A DNA stretch of 58,389 nt from Gammaproteobacteria bacterium (lineage in GTDB: Bacteria; Pseudomonadota; Gammaproteobacteria; Comchoanobacterales; Comchoanobacteraceae). Positions 1 to 9,240 of the stretch are shown here, one piece after another. Location: contig JBDQEV010000001.1 in the NCBI GenBank assembly GCA_040266255.1, positions 1 through 58,389 on the forward strand, in the 5' to 3' direction. A program made the position numbers and the translations under genes. The number at the start of each line of letters is the position of its first letter. The stretch's first letter is position 1. A model generated the notes under the pieces. That model ran no database searches and had not been told where the DNA came from. It saw only the letters and a list, made by a program, of their open reading frames with translations.

Positions 1-8
1 ATTTAATT

Positions 9-245
9 TCAAGTATTTTTAATAGAATGTTTCTCAAGTTTTTTATATAGAGTCGTTCGACTGATTCCAAGTGCTTGAGCAGATAGAAATAAATTGTGAT
101 TGAAATGCATTAGTGTGGTTCTAATAATTGTTTTTTCAAAGTAATTATTGAAGTCGTAGAGCAGTTTTCCTGAAGTTCCTGCTTGTTTAAGATACTGCTG
201 TACAGACTTTTCAATCAGTTGTGTAAGTTTTTGATGGTCATTCAT
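9..245 (-). CDS. fis: Fis-family HTH DNA-binding protein (short, 78 aa)
   Basis: Fis-like helices 'SVQQYL...LYD...FEKTIIRTTLMHFNHNLFLSAQALGISRTTLYKKL' with the HTH_8 signature at the C-terminus. Confidence 0.8.
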   Translation of the reverse strand: MNDHQKLTQLIEKSVQQYLKQAGTSGKLLYDFNNYFEKTIIRTTLMHFNHNLFLSAQALGISRTTLYKKLEKHSIKNT

Positions 246-342
246 GGTAGCAGGTTAGCAAAATTTATTCACAAAGTGTAGATCTTCTGTGAGATAAAGG
301 TATAACGTGGTATAGTAATGCTGGATATTTGAAAGGAATAGG

Positions 343-957
343 ATGTTTAGGAAGCACTTTGTTGCAGGGTTGCTATTTTGGGTGCCCATTATTGTCACCA
401 TACTGGTTATACAGGTTATAGTTGACGTGTTTGACCAGTTTGCAAAATCACTGCCTGATTATTTACAATTATCTAATTTGATGGGTATGGATATACCAGG
501 GGGAGGCTTTATCATTGTGATATTAGTGGTATGGCTAAGTGGTATATTGGTTGCCAACTTTCTAGGCCGAAGAGTTGTGAAGTTGGGAGATAAAATTGTA
601 CAAAAGATTCCATTGGTTCGCACAGTACATCAAGGAGTAAAGCAAGGTCTTGAGATGATGGTTGCGCCAAATAGTGATGCGTTTTCACAAGTTGTGTGTA
701 TTAATTTCCCTCATGAACACAGCTGGGCTGTTGGATTGGTGACGAATATTGATGAGAAAAGAGATCTGTGGACGGTATTTTTACCAACGACGCCTAACCC
801 AACATCCGGATATGTTTTGATTCTGAAGGGTGAGTCAGTTAGAAAAATAGAGATGACAGTCGATGAAGCCTTGAAATATATCATTTCTTTAGGCACTATT
901 ACAGAGTATAGTCATGCCATAGACCTGACAGATGCACCAGAGGAGAAGAACAAATGA
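343..957 (+). CDS. DUF502 family membrane protein
   Basis: Two N-terminal TM segments, 'KIPLVRTV' and 'VFLPTTPNPTSGY' motifs; usual position upstream of aspS. Confidence 0.9.
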   Translation: MFRKHFVAGLLFWVPIIVTILVIQVIVDVFDQFAKSLPDYLQLSNLMGMDIPGGGFIIVILVVWLSGILVANFLGRRVVKLGDKIVQKIPLVRTVHQGVKQGLEMMVAPNSDAFSQVVCINFPHEHSWAVGLVTNIDEKRDLWTVFLPTTPNPTSGYVLILKGESVRKIEMTVDEALKYIISLGTITEYSHAIDLTDAPEEKNK

Positions 958-2720
958 AATATCGCAGTCATTATTGTGGACAAGTTAATAAAAGTGATTT
1001 AAACCAATCGGTTAAGTTGTGTGGTTGGATCATGAAATCTAGAGATCACGGTGGAGTGATTTTTATAGATTTATTTGATCATAGTGGTTTGGTGCAAGTG
1101 GTTGCAAATCCTGGTTTAAAAGACTTTAAAGTATTAGAGTCACTTAGTACGCATAGTGTCGTTTGTTTAGAGGGGACAGTGATTCCAAGGCCAGATGGAA
1201 CTGTGAACCCTAATTTATCAACTGGTGAGATTGAAGTGACAATTGATCAGCTTGTTTGGTATAACAAAGCAGCACCATTAGGATTTGATGTGAATGATAC
1301 CAAGGTATCAGAGAGTGTTCGTGCGGCTAATAGAATTTTAGATATTCGAAGTGAGCGGATGCAAACAAGTTTGAGGTTTAGAGCAAAAATGATGGGTGCT
1401 ATGCGTCAGTGTTTGGATCACATGCAGTTTTTGGAAGTAGAAACACCAATTTTAACGCGTTCTACACCTGAAGGCGCTAGAGACTACTTGGTTCCATCAA
1501 GAACACATCCGTCAAAAGCTTTTGCGTTACCACAGTCACCACAACAGTTTAAACAAATGTTGATGATGGGGGGAATTGATCGATACTACCAATTTGCAAG
1601 ATGTTTTAGAGACGAAGACCTTCGAGCAGATAGGCAGCCTGAATTTACCCAGTTAGATTTAGAAATGTCATTTATGAGTGCAGAAGAAATTTGTGAACAC
1701 GTTGAAAAATTAGTTCATCACATGTTATCTGAGACATTAGATGTAAAATTACCAAAGTTTGGTACATTATCTTATGATGATGCGCTTACTTATTATGGCA
1801 CTGATGCGCCGCACTTAGGTAATCCATTAAAGCTAATACCACTCGATGATGTGTTTAAAGATTGTGACTTTAAGGTATTCCAGACGCCAGCTATTTCTGA
1901 TGGAAGTCGTGTTGCTGCAATTAAACTGGCTGGTGGCTGTGAGCAATTAAGTCGTAAAGATTTGGATGGTTATGCGAGCTTGGTTATGAAGCTAGGTGCA
2001 AAAGGTTTAGCATATTTGAAAGTTAATGCAATTGAGGATGGAAAAAATGGACTATCATCTCCAATTTTGAAGTTCTTAGATGATCAGACCATAGATCGGT
2101 TGTTAAGTGTATTAGAGGTTGCAAATGGAGATATTGTTTTCTTTGGTGCTGGTGAAGACAAGTTAGTTAATCTAACAATGCATGCCTTGTCTAAGCAGTT
2201 GGCTCAAGATTTGGGCTTGATTGAAGAGGGGTTGCATTTTGTTTGGGTTAAAGATTTCCCAATGTTTGAGAAAGTAGATGGTGGTCTAACAGCTGTGCAT
2301 CACCCATTCACAGCGCCGGTGGATGAGGACTTGAATCATTTAGAAAGTGCAAAAGCACAAGCCTATGACTTGGTATTGAATGGGCATGAACTTGGTGGTG
2401 GCTCGATTAGGATTTCAGATCCACAGTTGCAACAAAAGATCTTTAATATATTGGGCTTAGATGATGATATGGTTAATCAACAATTTGGTTACTTTATGAA
2501 AGCTTTGTCACAAGGCACGCCTATCCATGGTGGTTTTGCATTTGGTATTGATAGAATGGCAATGGTGCTGCAAGGCATTGACTCAATTCGTGAAGTCATT
2601 GCGTTTCCAAAAACTCAAACTGCAAGTTGTGCATTAACACAAGCACCTAGTCAGGTTAGTCGTATGCAGTGGTTTGATTTAGGCTTACAGGCAATGGAGG
2701 TGCAAGATGGCGGGTCATAG
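954..2720 (+). CDS. aspS: Aspartate--tRNA ligase, probably non-discriminating Asp/Asn type
   Basis: 'YRSHYCG', 'RDHGG', 'STPEGARDYLVPSR', 'RCFRDEDLRADRQPEFTQLDLE', 'GGFAFGIDR'; His in RDHGG and Gly in RPDG match non-discriminating enzymes. Confidence 0.97.
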   Translation: MKYRSHYCGQVNKSDLNQSVKLCGWIMKSRDHGGVIFIDLFDHSGLVQVVANPGLKDFKVLESLSTHSVVCLEGTVIPRPDGTVNPNLSTGEIEVTIDQLVWYNKAAPLGFDVNDTKVSESVRAANRILDIRSERMQTSLRFRAKMMGAMRQCLDHMQFLEVETPILTRSTPEGARDYLVPSRTHPSKAFALPQSPQQFKQMLMMGGIDRYYQFARCFRDEDLRADRQPEFTQLDLEMSFMSAEEICEHVEKLVHHMLSETLDVKLPKFGTLSYDDALTYYGTDAPHLGNPLKLIPLDDVFKDCDFKVFQTPAISDGSRVAAIKLAGGCEQLSRKDLDGYASLVMKLGAKGLAYLKVNAIEDGKNGLSSPILKFLDDQTIDRLLSVLEVANGDIVFFGAGEDKLVNLTMHALSKQLAQDLGLIEEGLHFVWVKDFPMFEKVDGGLTAVHHPFTAPVDEDLNHLESAKAQAYDLVLNGHELGGGSIRISDPQLQQKIFNILGLDDDMVNQQFGYFMKALSQGTPIHGGFAFGIDRMAMVLQGIDSIREVIAFPKTQTASCALTQAPSQVSRMQWFDLGLQAMEVQDGGS

Positions 2721-3426
2721 TAAATGGGCAAATATCAAGCATAGAAAAGGTGCTCAAGATGTAAAGCGAGGTAAAATCAATACCCGTTTGATACGAGAGG
2801 TGATGGTTGCTGCTAGAATGGGTGGGGGAGATCGTGCATCTAATCCTTCATTACGTCTTGCAGTGGAAAGAGCAAATAAAGCCAATGTCACCAAAGACTC
2901 GATTGAAAAAGCGATACTAAAAGCAACGGGGCAGTTACCAGGGGTTGAGGTCTCAGAAATCAGTTATGAAGGATATGCGCCTCATGGTGTGGCGATTTGG
3001 GTGCATTGCTTAACGGATAATAAAAATAGAACGGTTGCGGAAGTACGACATGTATTCAGTAAATATGGCGGTTCATTAGGCACTGAGGGTTCTGTTGCAT
3101 ATATGTTTGATAGAGTTACAAGAATCATTTGTGAACATGATAATGTTGATGAAGTATTAGAGCAGGTATTGGATTTTGATGTGGCATCAGTAGAGGCATT
3201 ACCTCAGGGTGTTTTGATACTGGCAGATCCTTCTGAATTGAATCCAATTTGTGCACATTTATCAGAAGTAACTAGCTGGAATATCTTAGAGAGCCAGGTT
3301 ACATTTATGCCCAATGCAACAGTATCTTTGACTGCAGAGCAGTTTGAGTCTCTGGATAAAATGTATGATGCACTAGATGCTTTAGATGATGTACAAGAGA
3401 TCTATTTAAATAGTGAAGAGCTATGA
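2707..3426 (+). CDS. yebC: YebC/PmpR family protein
   Basis: 'MAGHSKWANIKHRKG', 'YEGYAPHGVA', 'TDNKNRT'; aspS-yebC-ruvC synteny. Confidence 0.96.
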   Translation: MAGHSKWANIKHRKGAQDVKRGKINTRLIREVMVAARMGGGDRASNPSLRLAVERANKANVTKDSIEKAILKATGQLPGVEVSEISYEGYAPHGVAIWVHCLTDNKNRTVAEVRHVFSKYGGSLGTEGSVAYMFDRVTRIICEHDNVDEVLEQVLDFDVASVEALPQGVLILADPSELNPICAHLSEVTSWNILESQVTFMPNATVSLTAEQFESLDKMYDALDALDDVQEIYLNSEEL

Positions 3427-3914
3427 TTATCTTGGGTATTGACCCAGGTTCACGTTTTACAGGTTGGGGGGTGATTTCCTATCAATCTAATCACATGACA
3501 TGTGTTTCTGCTGGTAGAATTGTGCTCAAAGAAGAGTCATTCGCACATCGCATGCGTATACTTTACGATAGTATCAGTGAGGTCATAGAAGAGTACCAGC
3601 CAGAGTGCATCGCAATAGAAGATGTGTTTGTGAGTAAAAATGCACGCTCAGCATTGAAACTTGGTCATGCAAGGGGGGTGTTAATGTTAGCAGTTTCAAA
3701 GTATGGACAAATACCAGTGGAAATTAGTGCAAGAAAAGTGAAGCAAGCGATTACTGGTTCTGGAGCTGCAGATAAGGCAAAAGTTGCGATGATGCTTAAG
3801 CACTTGTTATCGCTAAAGGACTCGCTTTCTGCTGATGCATCTGATGCGCTCGGTATTGCTATTGCTTGTGGGCATATGGTATATAAGAATCAGCGATTGG
3901 GAGACATGAGATGA
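3423..3914 (+). CDS. ruvC: Holliday junction resolvase RuvC
   Basis: 'ILGIDPGS', 'AIEDVF', 'LGHARGV', 'DASDALGIA'. Confidence 0.96.
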   Translation: MIILGIDPGSRFTGWGVISYQSNHMTCVSAGRIVLKEESFAHRMRILYDSISEVIEEYQPECIAIEDVFVSKNARSALKLGHARGVLMLAVSKYGQIPVEISARKVKQAITGSGAADKAKVAMMLKHLLSLKDSLSADASDALGIAIACGHMVYKNQRLGDMR

Positions 3915-4477
3915 TTGCATGGTTAGAAGGGCGTGTTGTTCAAAAGTCAGAGGCAGGCTGTATTGTAAATGTCTCTGGTATAGGGTATGAAGTAGAAATG
4001 TTAATGGTCGATGCGGTTTCACTGCCTCCTCCTGGTAGCCTTGTGCAGCTGCATATTGCAGCAATTTATAGAGAGGATAGTCAGCAACTTTATGGTTTTA
4101 TATCCACGCAAAATCGTGATGCATTTAAGACGCTACTTACGGCAAATGGTGTAGGGCCTAAGATGGCACAAAGCATATTACAGTTTCATGGTGCAGAGTC
4201 TTTAAGTTTGTTGGTTGCTCAAGGCAACTATCAAGGTCTTACTCGGGCTAAGGGGGTTGGGCCAAAGTTAGCTAAGCGACTGGTCATTGACTTAAAAGAT
4301 AAATTGATTTGTCACAGTAGGCCAGATATGGCAATGGTATCAACGGATCTGTTAAATATGGCAGTTGAAGCATTGGTTAAGCTAGGGTTTTCAGAGGCAA
4401 GAGCGAAAGCAATGTTAGATGGCGTAGATGGACAATCTGTTGAAGGATTGGTGAAGCAGGCATTACAAAACGCATAA
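3911..4477 (+). CDS. ruvA: Holliday junction branch migration protein RuvA
   Basis: 'MIAWLEG', 'GIGYEV', '[10 protein letters not shown]', two HhH motifs 'GVGPK'. Confidence 0.95.
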   Translation: MIAWLEGRVVQKSEAGCIVNVSGIGYEVEMLMVDAVSLPPPGSLVQLHIAAIYREDSQQLYGFISTQNRDAFKTLLTANGVGPKMAQSILQFHGAESLSLLVAQGNYQGLTRAKGVGPKLAKRLVIDLKDKLICHSRPDMAMVSTDLLNMAVEALVKLGFSEARAKAMLDGVDGQSVEGLVKQALQNA

Positions 4478-4487
4478 AAGGTATCGA

Positions 4488-5474
4488 ATGAGTATAGTGA
4501 GAGAAACAGAAATAAGTCAGCATACAGATGTACCAAGTCATATTAGACCGAAGTTATTGAAAGAGTATATTGGACAGAAACAGTTAAAGGCGCAGATGCA
4601 GATTTTTATGGATGCATGTAAAGCAAGGAATGAAGCTTTGGATCATACATTATTGTATGGCCCACCTGGATTAGGTAAAACAACAATGGCGCATATCATT
4701 GCCGCTGAGATGAATGCTCAGTTAATTCAGACTGCAGGGCCGGGAATTGATAAAGTGGGGGATCTTGCTGCTATTCTGACCAGTTTATCTAAGGGAGATG
4801 TGCTATTCATTGATGAAATCCATCGAATGAATATTGCAGTTGAAGAGACTCTTTATGCTGCAATGGAAGATTTTAAATTAGATATTATTATCGGTGAGGG
4901 CTCTACGGCAAGAACAATCACAATTGATTTACCGCCATTTACACTTGTAGGTGCAACAACTCGTTCTGGATTATTGTCAGCCCCTTTGCGTGATCGTTTT
5001 GGGATATCTCAACACTTAGAGTTCTATGAGCATCATGAGCTCATGGCAATCGTGCGTCGCTCTTCAGGTATATTAGGTGTGAAGATTGAGAATGATGCTT
5101 GTTTAGAAATTGCGAAGCGCTCAAGAGGTACGCCACGAATTGCAAACAAGCTTCTTAAGCGAGTCAGAGACTTTCATGAGGTGACTTCTTCTGGTGTTGT
5201 TCTTGTTAAAACTGCATGTGCAGCACTGGAGTTATTAAGGATTGATCAGCATGGTCTTGACCAGCTGGATAGAAAGTTTTTAGATATTATATATACAGAC
5301 TTTGAAGGAGGTCCTGTAGGTCTTGAAAGTTTGGCAGCTAGTTTGGGTGAAGACCGTGGATCAATTGAAGAGGTAATTGAGCCATACTTAATTCAAAGTG
5401 GAATGGTCGTTAGGACGCCAAGAGGTAGAATGCTGACCGCTAAAGGTAATGCTTTGGCTTCTACGGCGGGGTAA
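4488..5474 (+). CDS. ruvB: Holliday junction helicase RuvB
   Basis: Walker A 'GPPGLGKTT', 'LFIDEIHR', 'GATTRSG', 'RSRGTPRIA', 'RTPRGR'. Confidence 0.97.
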   Translation: MSIVRETEISQHTDVPSHIRPKLLKEYIGQKQLKAQMQIFMDACKARNEALDHTLLYGPPGLGKTTMAHIIAAEMNAQLIQTAGPGIDKVGDLAAILTSLSKGDVLFIDEIHRMNIAVEETLYAAMEDFKLDIIIGEGSTARTITIDLPPFTLVGATTRSGLLSAPLRDRFGISQHLEFYEHHELMAIVRRSSGILGVKIENDACLEIAKRSRGTPRIANKLLKRVRDFHEVTSSGVVLVKTACAALELLRIDQHGLDQLDRKFLDIIYTDFEGGPVGLESLAASLGEDRGSIEEVIEPYLIQSGMVVRTPRGRMLTAKGNALASTAG

Positions 5475-7281
5475 CAGCAGATGTAATCTCATCTGGATTA
5501 GGTTGTGGAATGTCCATGTCGATAGGTGTTTTGCCACTAACGCCCTTAGCGCCTGAAAGATAATCAAAAATGGTACCATCGAGCAACATGCCTTGAGTGG
5601 TGAAGAATGAGAGTAGCTCAGGATCAGTTTGAACTTGTGTTGCTGAAATTGCGAGTAGTTTTTGCTGATCAGCATAAATTGCATACTGCATTTGTAGCAT
5701 TTGTGCCTGTAGGATGAGAAGCTCTCTCAGTAGGTTTGCATTTTCCATGGTGCTGATGCGATGGATCCAAGAGCCGTCTCCTATTTCGTTATCGCCTACA
5801 GACTGTAATCTCCAGGAGGCATTGTGCTGAAGTACTTCTGTAGGAGTTGCAGTGAATTTGATGTTGCTTCCATTTGAGTATTGGTATTGATTGAAGCGCA
5901 TATCTTTAATGTTTTGTAAAATACCTCTTGCGCCACTTGTTTTCAACTCTTCCTTCATGAGTTTCTGGGTGTAACTGTTACGTAAGTTATCTATATTGGT
6001 TCTAATTTGGCTTCGAGCACTCTGAATGCCGGCAGTAGACTTTGCGTCAATCATAAGACTTTTTCTCTTTTCTTTCGTCGTGGAAACCAAAAAACTATTG
6101 TCATTTTGTTTAAACTTCAGGTACTGGCCTGCAATCAATAAAATATGGCTGTTGTCACTATTTTTAATTCTAGACAATCCTCTTTTGAAGGGTAGCGCAC
6201 TTAAGCTGCCACTTAAGCTATTAACCAGTTGGTCTGCGGCTTTAGAAGTTGAATCAGACCGAGGTCTGCATTGTTTGAAATCAAGGTTTGTATTGTTGTT
6301 ACCAATACCGCTAATCGGGTTATCTGTGCAAGCTACTGGTGCTACTGGTGCTACGGAGGCGTTATTTGAGGCTAGTATTTTGACCATAGTTGGTGCATTT
6401 AAATTGAGTGTAGTATGAATTTCTGATGCAAGAGATTTTTGCAGTTCTAATAGATAAACGTCAAGTTTGGTATCAAGTGTTTTGAGATTGTCTTCAGCTG
6501 TATCTGCTGTACTGGTTGTATCGGTTTTTAACTTATCAAGGGCTGTTTTAACCTTTTCTCCCTCTTCGCTAGGATTGGCAGTAAAGCTTAACTCTGTCTT
6601 TCTGATTTTCTCCCAGCCATTGAATTCGAGGCTGTTTTCATTTTTATTTTTCGTATATTTGCATTGAACTTTAGTGATTGCGTTTTCACCCTGCGTCGTT
6701 GCAGCTTCTGCATTACTAGAGGGTAGGCTTGTTGTTGTGCGAACAATATCGTTGGGTACAGCAAAAGCGTTGATGACTTTTCCTTGCAGTGGATTTGCAA
6801 TCTTATCTGGATCTCCTGCATCCCAATATACCAAACAGCTTTTGACTTCATCACTGAGTTTGAGGGCTGCCCTATATTTATCAGCACTTGATGTAACACT
6901 GTTGCTTAATCCAGCAGGCACTGTTTTATCTGTATCTGTACTGTACGCCTTAATACTAGTTTTAGTATCTACGGAGGTAAGGTCATAGGTCATTGCATCT
7001 AGAGCGTTTTGTATTTTAGTGATGGCGTTATCTTCATTACTGCTATTATTTTGGAGCATGTTTTGAATGATATCGGTAGTCTGGTAATCAAAGGGGTTGA
7101 GTGAGCTCATCAGGTTTGCGTTGCCCCAAGACTTGTCCATGATTGTATCGTCTGTCCCTGTGGTGTCTTTAGAGTTTGATTTTAAATATGACTTAATCTC
7201 TTCTAAGACGCTAAGTTGATCAGCTTGTTGGGCATAAACTTGGCTGCAAAGAAAGCTAAGAATAACGAGAAGAATTGGCAT
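5461..7281 (-). CDS. icmX: Dot/Icm periplasmic protein IcmX-like (enlarged, 606 aa)
   Basis: Signal peptide; C-terminal 'HNASWRL...[29 protein letters not shown]' resembles the conserved IcmX C-terminal region; lies downstream of icmW. Confidence 0.7.
   Translation of the reverse strand: MPILLVILSFLCSQVYAQQADQLSVLEEIKSYLKSNSKDTTGTDDTIMDKSWGNANLMSSLNPFDYQTTDIIQNMLQNNSSNEDNAITKIQNALDAMTYDLTSVDTKTSIKAYSTDTDKTVPAGLSNSVTSSADKYRAALKLSDEVKSCLVYWDAGDPDKIANPLQGKVINAFAVPNDIVRTTTSLPSSNAEAATTQGENAITKVQCKYTKNKNENSLEFNGWEKIRKTELSFTANPSEEGEKVKTALDKLKTDTTSTADTAEDNLKTLDTKLDVYLLELQKSLASEIHTTLNLNAPTMVKILASNNASVAPVAPVACTDNPISGIGNNNTNLDFKQCRPRSDSTSKAADQLVNSLSGSLSALPFKRGLSRIKNSDNSHILLIAGQYLKFKQNDNSFLVSTTKEKRKSLMIDAKSTAGIQSARSQIRTNIDNLRNSYTQKLMKEELKTSGARGILQNIKDMRFNQYQYSNGSNIKFTATPTEVLQHNASWRLQSVGDNEIGDGSWIHRISTMENANLLRELLILQAQMLQMQYAIYADQQKLLAISATQVQTDPELLSFFTTQGMLLDGTIFDYLSGAKGVSGKTPIDMDIPQPNPDEITSAVTPP
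6332..6354. repeat. 9-bp tandem repeat (GCTACTGGT x2.5) inside icmX, encoding VAPVAPVA
   Basis: Read directly: gctactggt gctactggt gctac. Confidence 0.8.
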
Positions 7282-7644
7282 TTATTTCTCCTTTTTGGGG
7301 GTGTTGAATGCGCCAGGAGTGTATGGCTTGTATGTAAATGGTTCTGCGTATGAGCTTGAAGACTTTGGCTGACTTGTGGGCTTGCTTTTACTAACTGGTT
7401 TTGTGGTTGGCTTGCTACTTGCAGTGTTGTTTTTATTTAAGGGAGGCAAATCAACGCTTTTTCTGCTGGGTTGTTTAAGTGTAGTAGTAATTTCATTTTG
7501 TACCTGTTGCTTAACAGAATGCTGTTTTTTAGCACACAGTATTCTTGCATGAGTGCTAGGTGGTGCTGCACAAAACTCTTGCATCTTTGCAGAAGATGAT
7601 GCTGAAAGTAATGTGAGGAAAATAGTGGTGAGGAACTTATTCAT
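7282..7644 (-). CDS. Small exported hypothetical protein between icmW and icmX
   Basis: Signal peptide 'MNKFLTTIFLTLLSASSSA', two Cys, then a P/K/S/T-rich tail; overlaps the icmW stop and abuts the icmX start. Confidence 0.75.
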   Translation of the reverse strand: MNKFLTTIFLTLLSASSSAKMQEFCAAPPSTHARILCAKKQHSVKQQVQNEITTTLKQPSRKSVDLPPLNKNNTASSKPTTKPVSKSKPTSQPKSSSSYAEPFTYKPYTPGAFNTPKKEK

Positions 7645-8068
7645 AAAGGCTCATTAATGCTTTTAAACGATCTGGTTGATAAACTTCTCTGAGAATCCTG
7701 GTGCACTCAAATTTTTTATTGCGCTCTAAAAATTTAGCACAGGCTGCATCAGATTGGTTGGCTTCTGCAACTGAAATCATTTGAGTTGCTTTACCTGGGG
7801 TGATGCTGTCTATTACTTGCATTAAGCGCAGCTTTTGGCTCATGTGCATACTCGCAGCAATTTTAATAAACTCCTTAAGAGGGATAGGGTCGATGCTAGT
7901 GGCATGATCAAATTTGCTACCTAACTCAATAAAGAGTTCTTTGACTTCGGTGTTATTGTGGGTAGAGTCTTCTTCAAATAGCTCCATATATTTGATGATA
8001 TCCGAAACTTGACCACCCATATAGTGTTCCCAAAACGCTCTTGTACTTTCAATCTCAAAGCTTGGCAT
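7637..8068 (-). CDS. icmW: Dot/Icm adaptor/chaperone IcmW
   Basis: 'MPSFEIESTRAFWEHY...IIKYMELFE...LRLMQVIDSITPGKA...FLERNKKFECTRILREVY..DRL' aligns by eye with Legionella IcmW; AGGAG RBS upstream on the minus strand. Confidence 0.9.
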   Translation of the reverse strand: MPSFEIESTRAFWEHYMGGQVSDIIKYMELFEEDSTHNNTEVKELFIELGSKFDHATSIDPIPLKEFIKIAASMHMSQKLRLMQVIDSITPGKATQMISVAEANQSDAACAKFLERNKKFECTRILREVYQPDRLKALMSLYE

Positions 8069-8116
8069 AAGTATACTCCTGAAAATATTTTAATCGATTT
8101 GCCAAGGTGATGCTAG

Positions 8117-8716
8117 TTAAAAAACGGTGTTCATGTTTTGAGTTGATATTTTCAATGATTTGCAAGTAGATACAGCGTATATTTTTGTATCAGGTAGCGG
8201 TATAGGGTAGATGCAAAGTTGGTGTTGTTGAATCAGTTGTTCAATACGCTTATGCCTAGTTTGGTAAAGAGAGCTATCTGTTAATTTGACATAGGCTTCT
8301 CTGATCATCCAGTTGTTTAAAATATCAGATTCATGACAGTGAAAGTATGCGGCAAAGCGTTTTGGGAATTTAGGTGGTCGTTGCTGAATGTCCACACCAA
8401 CTGGATGGTTTGAGAGTAGAATAATCCAATAGTCAGCATCGTGACTCATACTGATATATTGGTTTGGAGCGTTTAAATAGGGCTTTCCAGATGGGTGATA
8501 CATCAATAGATTTGGCTCTAAGCCATGCACAGTGAGCAACTGTTTTAGCAAGTGTCGTCGATGGATATATTGCTGTTGAGCGCTGGGTTGTAGTTGTAGT
8601 TGCTTTTTTTGCTCAAAGTGATGCAAAGGATAGTAAACCTTAGCCTTTGGTAATGATCCGTTTAAAAAATATACAGTCGCACTGGCATTCATCATATTTA
8701 GCGTTAATTGTTTCAA
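8117..8716 (-). CDS. Sfp-type 4'-phosphopantetheinyl transferase (start may be ATG 8695 or 8692)
   Basis: 'SGKPYL', 'ISMSHD', 'VGVDIQ', 'WMIREAYVK' motifs. Confidence 0.85.
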   Translation of the reverse strand: MKQLTLNMMNASATVYFLNGSLPKAKVYYPLHHFEQKKQLQLQPSAQQQYIHRRHLLKQLLTVHGLEPNLLMYHPSGKPYLNAPNQYISMSHDADYWIILLSNHPVGVDIQQRPPKFPKRFAAYFHCHESDILNNWMIREAYVKLTDSSLYQTRHKRIEQLIQQHQLCIYPIPLPDTKIYAVSTCKSLKISTQNMNTVF

Positions 8717-8787
8717 TACATTATAGCCTTAGTGGAGTTGATTTGGTAGAGTAGTGTCACTATGTAAGAAAATAGCTGGAGAAGTGT

Positions 8788-9225
8788 ATGAGCCGTGGTT
8801 TAAATAAAGCAATGATTATTGGTAATGTGGGCCAAGACCCAGAAATGAGATACACCGCAAATGAACAAGCAGTGGTGAATATTAGTATTGCAACTTCTGA
8901 AAGCTGGCGTGATAAGCAGTCAGGTGAAATGCAAGATCGTACTGAGTGGCATCGAATTGTTATGTATGGAAAGTTAGCAGAAATTGTTGGAAAGTATGTT
9001 AAAAGGGGTACTAAACTTTATATAGAGGGTAGTATCAAGACTAGGAAGTGGGCTGATAACCAGGGTGTAGAGCGCTATACAACTGAAATTGTGGCAACAG
9101 AAATGCAAATGTTAGATTCAAGACTGTCTAATGATCAAATGGCAGAGCCTGCCATGGCGGCTCCTTCGCCTGCAGCAGCCCCTGCACCAGCTGCACCAAT
9201 TGCAGAAGATGATATACCATTTTAA
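8788..9225 (+). CDS. ssb: Single-stranded DNA-binding protein
   Basis: '[17 protein letters not shown]', 'TEWHRIV', acidic C-terminus 'EDDIPF'. Confidence 0.97.
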   Translation: MSRGLNKAMIIGNVGQDPEMRYTANEQAVVNISIATSESWRDKQSGEMQDRTEWHRIVMYGKLAEIVGKYVKRGTKLYIEGSIKTRKWADNQGVERYTTEIVATEMQMLDSRLSNDQMAEPAMAAPSPAAAPAPAAPIAEDDIPF

Positions 9226-9240
9226 ATAAGGTTGTAGGAT

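Noticed and set aside
6026-6988. Plus-strand ORFs (130, 66 and 104 aa) opposite icmX
   Set aside because: Codon-aligned antisense shadows with no recognisable features.
9145-9205. Ala/Pro-rich repeat in ssb
   Set aside because: Normal disordered SSB linker.
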